Of a DNA stretch of 64,000 bases, positions 44,209-57,450 are shown piece after piece. The DNA lies in assembly GCF_009914755.1 (NCBI RefSeq), contig NC_060934.1; one strand, given 5' to 3'. The notes under the pieces are model-generated. The model made no database searches. It was not told the origin of the DNA and worked only from the letters and a program-made list of their open reading frames with translations. Position 1 is the stretch's first letter. The number at the start of each line of letters is the position of its first letter. A program made the translations under genes and the position numbers. Source of the stretch: the human T2T-CHM13v2.0 reference genome, Homo sapiens.

Positions 44209-45469
44209 CATTTAACCAACTTTACTATTTATTAAGCACTCCTATTTTTAATGCATCATATTAGAAGACAGAATGATGAGAGAGATCAAGGTCTTACATG
44301 CATACTGGACTTGCCTGCAGTGCCTCATTTATCTGTCAAGTAGCCTCACTATACAGATGAGAAAAATCTACAGCTGGGCATGACTGCAGAAGCACAGTCT
44401 TAGTGCCCTTCCACGTACCTTTGCCAGTGCACCCCCCTGCACCCCTTTCTGTGAGTTTCTCCCTCTTGTCAGCTGCAACTGAACCTGCTCTTCTTGCTCG
44501 TTGGTCTCTTTAGTCACATGGTCCTAATCAATACACCTGAGTGAGATATAAGGCTCCTTTCTGATTTTAGCTTTCTTTCTTCCTGGCTCGGACAACCTGG
44601 TCATTTCATTCCTGAGCCAATATAACCCCTTGATCTCCTACTGTGACAATTTTCAGACCCAGATAACCCTGATTGTGGGTTTTCTTTACATGTGGACTTC
44701 AACATGCAGCTGATAAAATGAAGCCATTTCATTACAAATGTAAGCTTTTGAAATTGGGCTGTTTTGACTGCTCAAAAATCCTTTTGTTCTCTTCTTGCTG
44801 ACTCTCTGGTGAAGTTATCAACTTATGACTCTCAAAACCCTCTCTAGGTCTTTTCAACTTTCCCAATTTCAAGTTTCTTATCTTTATCTGCCTGGTGAAA
44901 ATGCTACTAGGGCTTAATGTGTTTAATTCATTACTCTCATTCCCTCAAACTGGTTTCATTCTCCACATCCTTATGTCTATCAGAGGCACCATTGTTCTCT
45001 AATCTATATAAGCTCAATTTGGAGATATTCTCAGACACATGGGTCCTTCAACCTACTCCAAATTGTCTCCAAGTGCCAATACCATTTCTCAATAGCTGCT
45101 TCTTGTGCCATCTTCATTGTTTTAGCACTTACACCAAGCAAGAATCATATAATTATTTTGTCAATGTAAAATATCTATTCTAATACACTCACTCTAAGAT
45201 AGAATATGGAAATGTTTGTCAAATAAATCAGTGAATACCCTAATGAATAATATTTGAATAAATAAATAGCTAAGGTGAGGTGCAGCCATACCCCCACTCC
45301 AGGAATATTATAGATTTTATGCTGGTGTCTATGTAGAAGCCACATCTTCTTATTAAGAAATATTTTCCTTCTATTCCCTTAAAGCTCAAGTTGCTGTTTC
45401 TAATAAGTGTTCAAGAATTTTCTTTTGATTTCAGTGAATATTGAATAGACTTGTGGAAATGCAATAACG

Positions 45470-45727
45470 TTTTTGTTTTGTTTTGTTTTGTTTTTTAAGA
45501 TGGAGTCTCGCTCTGTTGCCCAGGCTGGAGTGCAGTGGCATGATCTCAGCTCACTACAACCTCTGCCTCCTGGGTTCAAGCAATTTCCGGCTAATTTTTG
45601 TACTATTAGTAGAGACTGGATTTCACCATGTTGACCAGGCTTGTCTCGAACTCCTGACCTCAAGTGATCTGCCCACCTCAGCCTCCCAAAGTGCTAGGAT
45701 TACAGGTGTGAGCCACTGCACCTGGTC
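45470..45727 (-). mobile_element. AluS with about 50-bp internal deletion
   Basis: TTCAAGCAATT joins TCCGGCTAATTTT; flanking GAAATGC(A/C)ATAA repeat. Confidence 0.94.
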
Positions 45728-47604
45728 CTGAAATGCCATAAAGTTAAAGAAGATTTATATCAATCTTAACTCAAAATTTATGTACGAGACAAAATAAAAA
45801 TTTAAACAACTAAGAATTATTATGGTAAATTATCGTAAGGAAGCATGAAGATAACAGTAAACAATAAATGGTAGGTGTCTTAGAGTGAGTAAATAATGAA
45901 TATCTGAGTGAAAAAAAATGGATCATGTTCTTGGAAGACTTTGGAAATCACCATGAAGGAACCCCTAAAAATCTCTCAGGACCTCTTCAAGAAGTTACCA
46001 AGTTACCTTATCTTTCTGACACCTGAATTTACATACTTTTAACTTTAAATATAATCATTTTCAAATATACTGTATACCAATCTACAACTTTAGTTTCAAT
46101 TATCTTCCTCTTCTCTCTGCCATTCTCTTAGAGGTTTATTTTGATTTATTTTATTTTACAATTAGCTGTTTTAAATGAAGAGTTATTCAAGTATCTCAAA
46201 ATCATCAAGAGAATGATGGTAAATGTTGAAAGAAAATGTAACTTGTTTCATTCCTTTCTTTAATAACTTCCGGTCATGTAGTTTTGCATCAAATCAAGCC
46301 TGACTACTGTAAACTGAGTTACTGAATGGCTTACTATTTTAAGTTCCTTTGCATTTCTGCAGAAATGAGCAAGTAAACTTCTTGACCCTCCAGCATTCCT
46401 TCACTCATCCAAACTGCAGGTCTGTGCATAATCTTTGAGTCAATGAAGACATGTCGCATGTGTGGGTGTTTTTTTCTTCTTCTTTTTCTTTCCCAGAGAC
46501 TGGTCAAATCACACTGGCTCCAGAGTTTGGCCCTCCTGCCCTAGCAATAAAGGTCATCAGTAGCATGGAGTCAGCTTTGGATATCTCCCAATCAGAAACA
46601 AATAACAGAGACTCCTTTGGGAATCCATTGAGACCATTACAGACCTTCCAATGAACAGTTAAGCTTTGTAGTGTGCCTCCTCGAGAAACAGCTGTTTGTC
46701 TAACCTTTGAACTGACCGATACATTAATCTGAAGCATAATTTAGTTCTGTCTGAGCTCTTGGGTACAGCATGAATAGCTGGCTTGCTCATATTATACCAG
46801 TCTCCAAAATAATACTTTATGTGCTTGTTTAAAAATAGTAATTTTCCCTTCCCAATTTAATTATGTATGATTATTCGATAAGGGGATGCCAGAGCTGGTG
46901 TATAGTTCCTACACTCCCATTCTGATAACTCTACTTCTATCTAGCCTTGATCCTGCTGTTATTTCCTGATATTCATCAGAATCCGTAAAGCAGCTACTCT
47001 CTGGAGCCTCTTTTCACACCAAAGAGAAAGTTGCACCCAGGGCTTCGCTCAGGTGAGGAGAGATTAAGAGAGTGATGCACAGGCACAAGTGCCCACATTG
47101 TGATGTGCTGCGGTTGTCGAGTAACATTGTAGCATTCAACAAAATAGCCTTATTCTGAGGGAGCCTCCTGTGGAGTCTCTTTTTGCAAGCTGGAGAAGGT
47201 TCGTAGCACACAAAAGTCCGATTTTGTAATTCCTTTATAAGAACCAGATTCCTATCAATTCAATAGAAAGAATGGGAGAGAAACTCTAGCAACTAGGAAG
47301 ATACTTGGATAACGAAGGTGTAACTGGAATACTACAATCTCATTCCTCTATGAAATGAAGCACATTAAGTCGTTAAGAAGAAAACAAGAGCATGTTAACT
47401 GAAATAGTTTACAATTAAAGAGAAAATGATAAGAGCACATTGTAAATTACTCAGAAACCTTAGGTACGCCATGGTCTTAAGGAACTCTGTTTATTTTTAA
47501 AGGAAACGGGAAAATACCACTGCCCACTGTGCACAATTGAAGAGCCATTTAGATAACTGATTCAGAAGTACAGAAAAGCTTATGGAATGACAAAGACATC
47601 AGAG

Positions 47605-47835
47605 GACGGAAATTTGGGAGCCCTTGATAGCCTGCCAAGTTTGAATTGTAGCTACTCTGCTTACTAGCTGGGGAATCATGTGAAGTTTTCACCCTCACCA
47701 CACCTTAGGTGAGTCATCCATAACATGGGAATAATATTGAATCATCTGTCTTATAGGGTTGCTGTATTAAAAGAGGTGACATATGTTAAAAAAAAAAGAG
47801 CAATAAATATAGAGTAATTCTCAATGAACACTAGA
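47605..47835 (+). mobile_element. MIR fragment
   Basis: TTTGAAT...CTCTGCTTACTAGCTG...ATGGGAATAATA...ATAGGGTTGCTGT. Confidence 0.65.
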
Positions 47836-47839
47836 TGAC

Positions 47840-48025
47840 TATCGTATACTTGTAAACTGCTAGGGGAGTAGATTGTAAAAGTGCTTACTGCAAAAAATGT
47901 GAGGTGATAGATATGTTAACTGGCTTGATTTGAACATTTTACAACGTAAAGATTTATGAAAACATCCCACTGCACAACATAAATGCATACAACTTTTATT
48001 TGGTAACCATGCCTTGAGTTTTAAA
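47840..48025 (+). mobile_element. L1MA/MB 3' end fragment
   Basis: ATGTGAGGTGATAGATATGTTAACTGGCTTGATTT...AAAACATC...ATAAATGCATACAACTTTTATTTG. Confidence 0.75.
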
Positions 48026-48119
48026 ATTAGGTGATGACAAACTTTTCTACTGCATGGCTGTGAGTAAGCCATCTCATGTTTCTGGAGCTAAGTTTTCCCA
48101 CATGTAACATTAGGTGAAG

Positions 48120-50586
48120 TGTTGTTGTTTGGATATTTGTTCCCTCCAAATTACATGTGGAAATGTGACATCCAATGTTGGAGGTAGGGCCTAGTGGGAG
48201 GTGTTTGGGTCATGGGTGTGGATCCCTCTTAAATAGCTTGCTGCCGTCCTTGTGTTAGTGAGTGAGATATTGCTCCAGATCTCACATGACCTCCTTTTGT
48301 TTAAAAAGAGTGTGTCAACCCTGCTCCCTCTCTTGCTTCCTTTCTAGCCATAACATATACTGGCTCCCCTTCTCCTTCCACCATGATTATAAACTTCCTG
48401 AGGCCCTCACCAGATCCAGATGCCAACATTATGCTTCCTGAACAACCTTCAGGACTGTGAGCCAAATAAACCTCTTTTCTTTATAAAATACCCAGCCTCA
48501 GATATTCCTTTATAGCAACAAAAATGGACAGACAGAAAACTGATACAGAAGAGTGGGGCATTGCTATAAAGATTCCTGAAGGTGTGAAAGTGGCTTTGGA
48601 ACTGGGTAATGAGCAGAGCTTAGAAGAATTTGGAGGCTCAGAAGAAGACAGGAAGATGAGGGAAAGTTTGGTACTTCTTAGAGAATTGTTAAGTTGTTGT
48701 CACCAAAATGTTGATAGAAATATGGATAGTAAAGGCCACACTGATAAGGTCTCAGATAGATACAAAGAATTCATTGGGAACTGGAGCAAAGGTCACTCTT
48801 GTTACACCCTAACACAAAGCTTGGCTGCATTGTGTTCATGTCCTGGGAACCTGTGGAAAGCTGAACTTATGTAAGTATGAAAGTAACTAAAGTATCTGAG
48901 TATCAAAGCATTCAGGATGTGACATGGCTGCTTCTAATAATCTATGATCATATATGGAAGCAAATTAATGACTTAAATTTGGAATTTATAACTAAAAGGG
49001 AAGCAGGGCATAAAAATTTAGGAAATTCACAACCTGAGCATGTGGTAAAATAGGAAAGATCATTTTTAGAATGTATATAGAACCACGTAGTGAAGCCACC
49101 ACTTGCTAGGGAGATTTGTTTGACCAAAAGGGAGGAAGCTGGTAATACCCAAGACAATGGGGAGAAAAGCCTTGAAGGCATTTCAGAAATCTCTAAGGCT
49201 TCCCCTTCCATCACAGGCCCAGAGGCCTAGGAGGCAAGAATGGTTTGTGGGGGAGGTCTCTGCTACCCTGCATAGCCTCAAGACACTGCTCAGTGTATAC
49301 CCACTGCTCCTGCTCAAGCTGTGGCTCAAATGGCCCCAGGTGTAGCTCAGGATGCTGCTCCTAAAGGTGCAAGCCATAACCCTTGGCGGCTTCCATGTGG
49401 GATTAAGTCTGCAGGTACACAGAATGCAAAAGTGTAGGAAACTTGGCAGTTTCCACCTAGATTTCAGAGGATGTCTGAGAAAGACTGAGTGTCCAGGCAT
49501 AAGCCTACCACAGGGGTGGAGCCTTCACAGAGAGCCTCTCCTAGGGCAGCACTGAGGGGAAATGTGGGGTTGGTGTCCCCACATAGAATCCCCACCAGGG
49601 CACTGCCTAATGGAACTGTGGGAATGGGGCCACCAACCTCCAGACCCTGGAATGATAGAGCCACTAGTTGCATGTACCCTGACCCTGGAAAAGCTGCAGG
49701 CATTCAACTCTAACCCATAAAAGCAGCCACTTGGTCTGCGCCCTGCAAAGCCACATGGGTAGAGCTGTCTAAGGCCTTGGGAGCCCACCCCATGCACCAG
49801 TGTGCCTTGGATGTGGGACATGGAATCAAAGGAGATTATTTTGGAGCTTTAAGGTGTAATGCCCACCCCAACAGATTTCAGACTGTGTGGGGCCTGTTGC
49901 CCCTTTCTTTTGGCTGATTTCTCCCTTTTGGAATGAGAATTTTACCCAATACCTGTACTACCACCATTGTATCTTGAATGTAAATAACTTGTTTTTTTTT
50001 TAATTTTACAGTCTCATAGGTAGAAGGAACTTGCCTTGAGTCTCAGATGAGACTTGGGACTTAGGACTTTTCAGTGGAGGCTGGAATGAATTAAGACTTT
50101 TGGGGACTATTGGAAAGAGATGATTATATTTTGCAATGTGAGAAGAGCATGCAATGTTGGGGGCTGGAGGGGAATGATGTAGTTTAGATATTTGACCCTT
50201 CCAAATCTCATGTTGAAATGTGACCCCCATTGTTGAAGGTGGAAGCTGATGGGAGGTGTTTGAGTCATGCAAGAAGATACTTCATGAATGGATTCATGCT
50301 GTTTTGGTGGTAGTGAGTGAGTTCTTGCTCTGAATTCAAGCAAAATCTGGTTGTTTAAAGAGTGTGGTATGCCCCTCTGTCTCTTGCTCCTTTCTCACCG
50401 TGATATATGCTGGCTCCCCTTAAACCTCCAACATGATTTTAAGCTTCCTGATGTCCTCATCAGAAGCAGATGTCAGCATTATGCTTCATATATAGCCTGC
50501 AGAACCATGAGCCAAATAAACCTCTTTTCTTTATAAATTACCAAGCCTTAGGTATTATTTTATAGCAATGCAAATGTACCAACACA
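48120..50586 (+). mobile_element. Full-length MST (MSTB-type) MaLR: 5'LTR 48120-48534, internal 48535-50174, 3'LTR 50175-50586
   Basis: Two direct TG...CA LTRs sharing GAGCCAAATAAACCTCTTTTCTTTATAAA; purine tract GGGGCTGGAGGGGAA before the 3'LTR; TSD TGAAG / AGAAG; MaLR-int ORF remnant 48524-48874. Confidence 0.95.
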
Positions 50587-50694
50587 AGAAGAGGCTAGAT
50601 AGTATCCAAAATAACCTCTATCGATAAAATGCTATGACTCTCATAAATTTTTTTAAGTTTTTACACACCTACTAGTGAAAACTTTTGATAATAG

Positions 50695-50880
50695 TAATCA
50701 TCACTATTTGCATTATACTTATTGGTTTACACTACATTTTCTCATACTTTCTTTTTATTCTTACAATAGTATTTCAAGATGGGTATTATTATATTCCCAG
50801 TTTTCAGATTGAAAAAGTTAAGATTCAGAAAGTTTAAATGAATTATTCTAAGTTAAGGAGTTATTGCAAGCAAGGTTGCA
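50695..50880 (-). mobile_element. MIR fragment
   Basis: GGTATTATTATATTCCCAGTTTTCAGATTGAAAAAGTTAAGATTCAGAAAGTTTAA. Confidence 0.6.
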
Positions 50881-51155
50881 TCTGTATTCTTGTTTACACC
50901 ATAAATCCAACAACTTTGGCATAATTCAGGGTGGTTATATTACCACAATGCATTTAAGATTGGTAGACACCAAAGGTTTATGCAAGGAAAGTTTGCCAAT
51001 GTTTTTTTGAGATTAAAAAAATGTGAAAAACGAGGTTCCTGTATTCACAAGGCCTACAGTTTTTGGGTTTTTCTCTCTTCATCTTTAGAATAAGGTTATT
51101 CTGCTAGATATTTCTAAATCATTTCTAGTTTAATAGTCTAAACTAAGACTATTTA

Positions 51156-51378
51156 AGAATGTATATAGAACGAAGTTGTGGAGCCACCACTTGCTAGGGA
51201 GATTTGTTTGACCAAAAGGGAGGAAGCTGGTAACATCCAAGACAATGGGGAGAAAAGCCTTGAAGGCATTTCAGAAATCTCTGAGGCTTCCCCTTCCATC
51301 ACAGGCCCACAGGCCTAGGAGACAACAATGGTTTGTGGGGAAGGTCTCCGCTACCCTGAATAGCCTCAAGACACTGCT
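51156..51378 (+). repeat. 223-bp direct duplicate of MST-int 49068-49290
   Basis: Ungapped hand alignment gives 13 mismatches in 223 bp. Confidence 0.97.
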
Positions 51379-52264
51379 TCTCTTAGAGTACACTTCTCTT
51401 CCAAACATGAATCTGACCTGCAAATTACTCATCTGTTTTCTTCTTTATGAAGTATATTCATTCTAGAAGACTACATGTATAGCAAGCCATATTTCTTGCT
51501 TCACAGAATTTGAATGAAAGGACTACGGGATCACCAAATAATCAAAGAGAGACCCCCCTAGAGAAGGACTTACCAATTGTTTAGTCAAATAACCTCCTGT
51601 GGCTAAAAACCCTCATTTGTTTTATTTCCACTCTTTTAGTTCTGTAGTCTTCCTTGTACTTTTTTCCCTTGCAAGAAAAGAAGGTTTAATTGCTGAGGCA
51701 CTCTTAACCCTCTTTTTCTAGACTATAAGGCTTTAATTACTTTTAGCAGAAAGCTAGAAGAAGGGTCTCTTTCTGAGAACTCTAATGGTAAAACACATTG
51801 GAAATGGCATAGAGGGGATCCTCTATGTTTTCCCTATCTAAACAGGGAGATAGTATTTCCCATGGAATAACCAATTTCAGGGTATCTAAACCTGAAGTAT
51901 CAACAATACATTTCTATGAAGTCTTGAAATCACTGACACTTTAATTTCTGCATATCTGAACAAAGTACTCTTTGCTTGTTGACTTTGGGAGCAAACAAAC
52001 AAACAAACAAAAATCCAACATAGAGTTGAGATGGAAATTAGTGAAGGTCGGGTTTTAAATCACATACTCAACTCGATTTATCAGTAGAACTCTTTAGAAC
52101 AGGCAGAGTTACAGTTTCTTTAGCTTCTTCATTTTTTACTTTCAACTCCATTGTCTACCCCTTAGTAATTTCATTTCACTTTAGTACTGCCAATGAGAGT
52201 GCCAGTTATTAAAGACAAGCTCATATCATTCCATTCCTTTTTCTGTTTGTTATCTCCTGGAAAG

Positions 52265-52980
52265 TTTATTCATTCAGCATATAGAAGTGAGTGCCTACTG
52301 CAGGCTAGGTAATAGAAATATAAATAGGTATATTATCCTTCATCAAAGACTACAGACAAATAAGTTAGTCAGCATCCAAACAGATATAAACTAGTAGTGT
52401 TGAGAGGATATTTAAGTGTGTGACGTGATGACTCTGGAGAGATAACATACCAAACTGTGGCATGGTGGGAGAAAATTTGAAGATAAGTTTTCAGCTGAAA
52501 CTTGATGTATAGATAAAAGTTAGGGTGGTGATAAAGACGGTGTGGGAAAAATAACCTAAAGAAAAAAGGATATTATGAACAAACATAGGCAAAACTATAA
52601 AAACATGAAAGATGTAGCTGGGAAACTATGTGTGGTTGATTTTTGCTAGAGAGTAAATGGCAGGCAGGAAATGGGAGGAGATAAAGTTAGAGATAGAGAT
52701 ATGAGCACTAGCTAGTCTATGAGGGTTGTTATGCCATACTAAGAATCATAGGCAGACTCTTAAAGGTTCTGGGGCACCCTCCAAAGTGATGAGTAGAGGG
52801 CTAAAAGATGTGTTTAAGAGCATGTTCTCTGGTGGCAAGTGAAGGGGGTAATTTGAGAGTTAGGGACAGACTGACAGTGAAGAGACACCGGGTAACAACC
52901 TATTGTAAGGTTCCAGCCAAAAATGGCAAAAGCCTAAAAAGGGTGATGATAGTGAACCTATAAACAAAGGGAATTGATTC
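52265..52980 (-). mobile_element. L2 relic
   Basis: ATTCATTCAGCA..GAGTGCCTACTGCAGGC, TCAGCTGAAACTTGA, TGCCATACTAAGAA, TCTCTGGTGGCA..GTGAAGG motifs. Confidence 0.6.
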
Positions 52981-53367
52981 CAGTAACATTAATAAGATAA
53001 AACAGCAGATTGTGATGATATAACGAGTATCCCCTAAGTGCCCAGCTCTGGATAGACACTGAGAATAGTGAATGTCACAGAAAGTCCCGTGTTTTGTATT
53101 TTCTGGTGTGATACAAAAACTTCCTGGGCCAGGATTTTGTACACAGCAGAGCAGCTCTCTCAATTTGATCTATTGAAAGTCAGCCCTTGACACAAGGGTT
53201 TGAAATAAAGAAAAAATAACTATAATAAGCAAATCAGCAAATAAATTAACAAGAAAATTATATATATAGTGTTATGAAAGAAATTAACAGGTGAATATTA
53301 CTGTGAATGAACACAAAAAATATTAAAAGTGGGTTAAAATTATCCCTTTCTCTAGTGCTCAAACTAC

Positions 53368-53896
53368 AATCCATGTGTCTACTTTTGCTTTTGTTACCTG
53401 TGCTTTTGAGACCTTCTCCAAAAAAATCTTTGCCCAGACCTATGTCATGAAGCATTTCCCCTAGGTTTTCTTCTAGTAGTTTTATTCTGTCTTGTCTTAC
53501 ATTTATATCTTTAATCCATTTCAAATCGATTTTTGCATATGGTGAAAGTTAAGAGTATAGCTGTATTCTTCTGTGGATATTCAGTTTGTCCAGCACCGTT
53601 TATTAAAGGGACTGTCCTTCCCCCAATGTGTGTTCTTGGTATCTTTGTCAAATATCAGTTATCTGTACATGTGTGAATTTATTTCTGTGTTCTTTATTCT
53701 GTTCCATTGGTCTATGTGTCTATATTTATGCCTGTACCACATTGTTTTTATTAATATAGCTTTGTAATATAATTTGAAATCAGGCAGTATAAAGCCAACA
53801 GCTTTATTCTTTCTGCTCAAAACGTATTTAGCTCTTTGAGGTCTTTTGTGGTTCCAAATGAATTTTAGGATAATTGTTTCTATTTCTGTGAAGAAA
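53368..53896 (-). mobile_element. L1M (L1MA-like) ORF2 fragment
   Basis: Minus-strand translation KWIKDINVR..IKLLEENLGEMLHDIGLGKDF is L1 ORF2p. Confidence 0.92.
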
Positions 53897-55254
53897 ATAT
53901 CGTTTGAAGATTGGTGTAGCCTTCAACCTGTGAACTAATTTCTTATTTTAGATCTAGAAAGTTAGGGGGTTTTGTCTTTAAATAATCTTTATATTTATAC
54001 CTCTCTTTGGGTGCATGTGTTCTATTATTTAAGCAGATCCTTCAAACAGATCTGGTTTAAAGTCTTTCTAAATATATTTATACTGTTTAGTTATTAGGGC
54101 ACATTTTCTGAGCATTTGATTCTAGTGAAACACCCTAAAAATTTACTCTTGTGCGATGTATATATGTTACAATGGTTCATATATATGACACGATATATGT
54201 GATATATGATATGATATATATGCTATAATAATACGTAGGATTCAAAGACGATTCTTCATGGGAGTCCACCCCATGTGTATTTCAGTATAGTAGTTTTTTT
54301 TAAATTTGTCTCATTCGTGGCACTAGGAAATGTATCAGTCTCTCACTAGTTCTTACATTAATTGATCAATCCGAGATGTACTCACATATGATTTGAATTT
54401 AGATCCCATATCTCCTGTAGGAGCAGCTTGGATTTCCCACTTTTCAAGAGTTGCTCCTTTTCCACCCAGGGCTGCAAGTAGATCACCAGTTTCTTTGCAG
54501 TTCCCTCAGATGAAAATAGTTATTTAGTTCCTGTTGTAGAGACAGATCAATATTTTGTGCCTCTGCTTTATGCATATATCTCAGTTGTAGGTGCCCACAT
54601 TCTTAGGACCTGAAATCCTGACTACCATTTTTGAGGGTTGTAGAATTTCATGCTCCATACAATACAAGGAGTTAGACTTGGAAAGTAAATGCACAGGAAA
54701 TGACCACATAGGAAGTGGAAAGAATGAGGTCTATAGAAATAGTTAGAGGTGAGGCAAATAAAGGAAAAAATATTTTTCTAACAAACTTTCACACAAAGGA
54801 GGAACAGCATTCATATGTATAACTTTATCCATCAACTAAATATATGATGTTATATCCTCTTTTCTGTGACGGTTACTTGTGGTGAAGCAAAACAGATTGA
54901 GTTAATCATATTAATAGAAAAACTCATGTTTCAATTTATAATGACATATTGGAGGCATGATGCTCTCCCATTGCCTAGGAATTCACTTCTCTTCTTTAAT
55001 AATGAGGCTGGCAGGAAATTTGCCTCTTTTGTAAGGACCCTGTCTCTCTGGCCACAGTTTGTTCATCTGGTGAATTGGCACCTAAATTGATCTGTCCCTG
55101 GAAGCCATTTAGAGAGGACTAGAGAATGAGAAACCACCAAGGGATTGGGGTGAGGGCAAAGAGCACATTGGTGTCCCACACGTAAAGATTCCATCTTCAA
55201 GATGAATTGTTCAGTCCCTTCTGCCCCAGCTAAAGTCACGTGTATTAGTGATGA

Positions 55255-55365
55255 AACACTCAGCCAAACTTTTCCCAAATTCCAAATCCACAAACCATCT
55301 GCAAAATCACTGTTTTAGGCTACTAAGATTTGGGGTAGTTTGTTGCACAACTATGGATAACTGGG
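55255..55365 (+). mobile_element. MLT1-type LTR 3' fragment
   Basis: TGTTTTAGGCTACTAAGATTTGGGGTAGTTTGTTGCACAACTATGGATAACTGG. Confidence 0.65.
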
Positions 55366-57339
55366 CTACTTAACATGAAAAGCACCTTTATGAAAAAGCT
55401 ATTTAAGACTCATAGACATATTGGCTTGTGGATATCCATTTTTTGGCTCAAAACAAGAGTGGCAATCAAGATGACAGAACTTAAGCACTAAAAAAGTTCT
55501 ACTAAGTGACAAATGAAGACATGTCTCATTTCATTATGGACTGACAAGTATCTGAAATTCTAAGAATATCACACCTGGATGCTGAATTCAGTTTGAGGCA
55601 TCTAAGCCCCAGACACATTGGAAGAAGTTCAGAGAAGAATAATCCCAAGTCTGATCCACACCTACCCCAATTAAGAAATGTTGGGTTTTCATTTTGTTTT
55701 GTTTTAAAAAAGCAGAAACCCCAACAACAACCGTCTACCCCACACATAAAACCACAGTGATTAAAGAAGGAAGGTCTGGCGAGAGATGAAAGACAAAGCA
55801 TGTAACTAGCTACATGAAAATGTACCTTAGGGCCAGCAACTGGTAACTACAGGAAAGGTATGATCTGATGCTACAAATATTTGAAAGTCATTTTACGCAG
55901 TCAATAGAACAACCTTTTATGAGGTGTTATTAATATAGTAAAACGTTTTTAAAAATTTCTTCTTTTTTCTAAGTCTACATTAACAAACTTGAACTGAAAA
56001 TTATTGTGAACAAAAGTAAGGATATTCATACCTTTCTTGTCTGTAGCTATTATTGCAACTAAGAAGCACCATCGTTTAGCACCAATAAAAGGATCAAAGA
56101 AAATAATTTCAATGGCATTTCTACATTAATCACATTTTAAACATGTATATTTTTAAAATTTTATAAGCACATTATATATTAGCATGCACTTAACATGCTT
56201 GCATGTTGAATTCCTTTATTTTTTTATCGATGTCCATTTTTCTAATTTTGATAATCTGTACAGCCTATAATTTAGTGAGGTAACAGCATGAAAACACATT
56301 TTACACAGATATACTTGGATTGCATCTTTAAAAACTGAAATGACGGTCATCTTTATACTTCTTCTTTTTCAATTACTATATATTAAATGTCCACTGTGGG
56401 TAAGGCTCTGTGCTGGGATTTAGTGATACAAAGTGAGTGCATTATAGTTCTGGCCTTTGTTCAGCTTCCATTCTAGTAGAGGAGAAAACACTTTACAGCA
56501 ATCATTGATTTTATGGTCTAAGCACTCTGATAGAAATATGGATAAAGGACAAAGGAGACTGAAGGAGCAGGACTCAAGCCTCTGAGGAGATCTTCTAGTT
56601 GGAGCTTGAATAATAATAGTATGTCAAAGCAAAGATGCAAAATACCGTATGATATATCTCAGTCGAGGTGCTGTATGTGAAAAATGTTTTGGAAAATGTG
56701 AAATACTAAATAAGTATGAACTATATTTCTGGATAACCGAGATGTCAGCAAAGAGACCTAGCTTTTTAAAATTTCATCTGAACTGGCACAGATTTCCCAT
56801 GAATGTCTAGTTCCTTACTTACTACTTAAAGGAGCTGGGTTTCTGCTTTTTTCTCTCCTGAGATTTGGGGGAGGCCTGAGAACATGCATATTTCCCCCTT
56901 GTGCGTCAAACTTAAGGCTACTCTTGAAGACATTCATTTTAAGGATCAACATGCCTGTGTTGTGTATGCTGATTTTCTATAAAAGGCTGTGCCTGTAGAA
57001 TGAAATACAGCCCATTTTCCTCATTTTTTACACACACATGCACACACACACCCCATGTATATAAGGTATCTGTGGGTGTGGCAGATTTTTACTGATAGTT
57101 CAAGGATAAAAAGTCTTACTCATGTCGCAATAACACCAATAAGCTATTTATCCCTTCCCCGCTTTTTACTTAGACTAATTTTTCCACAGGCCCCAGCCTC
57201 TCTCAATGTTGTTTATCTCCACGTTTCTACTGACTAGACTGCTGCCCCATGTGACCTTGATACTTAAAAAAAAAAAAAAACAAAACCCTCTTTTTAAACC
57301 ATGCAGACTAATTCCACCCATCCCCGAAATTCACCTCTG

Positions 57340-57450
57340 CCTGTATCTTTACACGCCCAGACACTGGTTCATTTACTAAAGTGCTGTTCACTTTGTCTCC
57401 CTGTATCTTTACACACCCAGACATGGGTCATTTGCTAAAGTGCTGTCCAC
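57340..57450. repeat. Diverged tandem duplication, period 60 bp
   Basis: CCTGTATCTTTACAC(G/A)CCCAGACA...CTAAAGTGCTGT(T/C)CAC at 57340 and 57400. Confidence 0.92.

Noticed and set aside
48524-49821. Cluster of ORFs on both strands
   Set aside because: Decayed MaLR internal sequence broken by stops and frameshifts.
53107-53145. Bulged quasi-palindrome TGTGATACAAAA..TCCTGGGCCAGGATTTTGTACACA
   Set aside because: Short interrupted stems that are plausible by chance.
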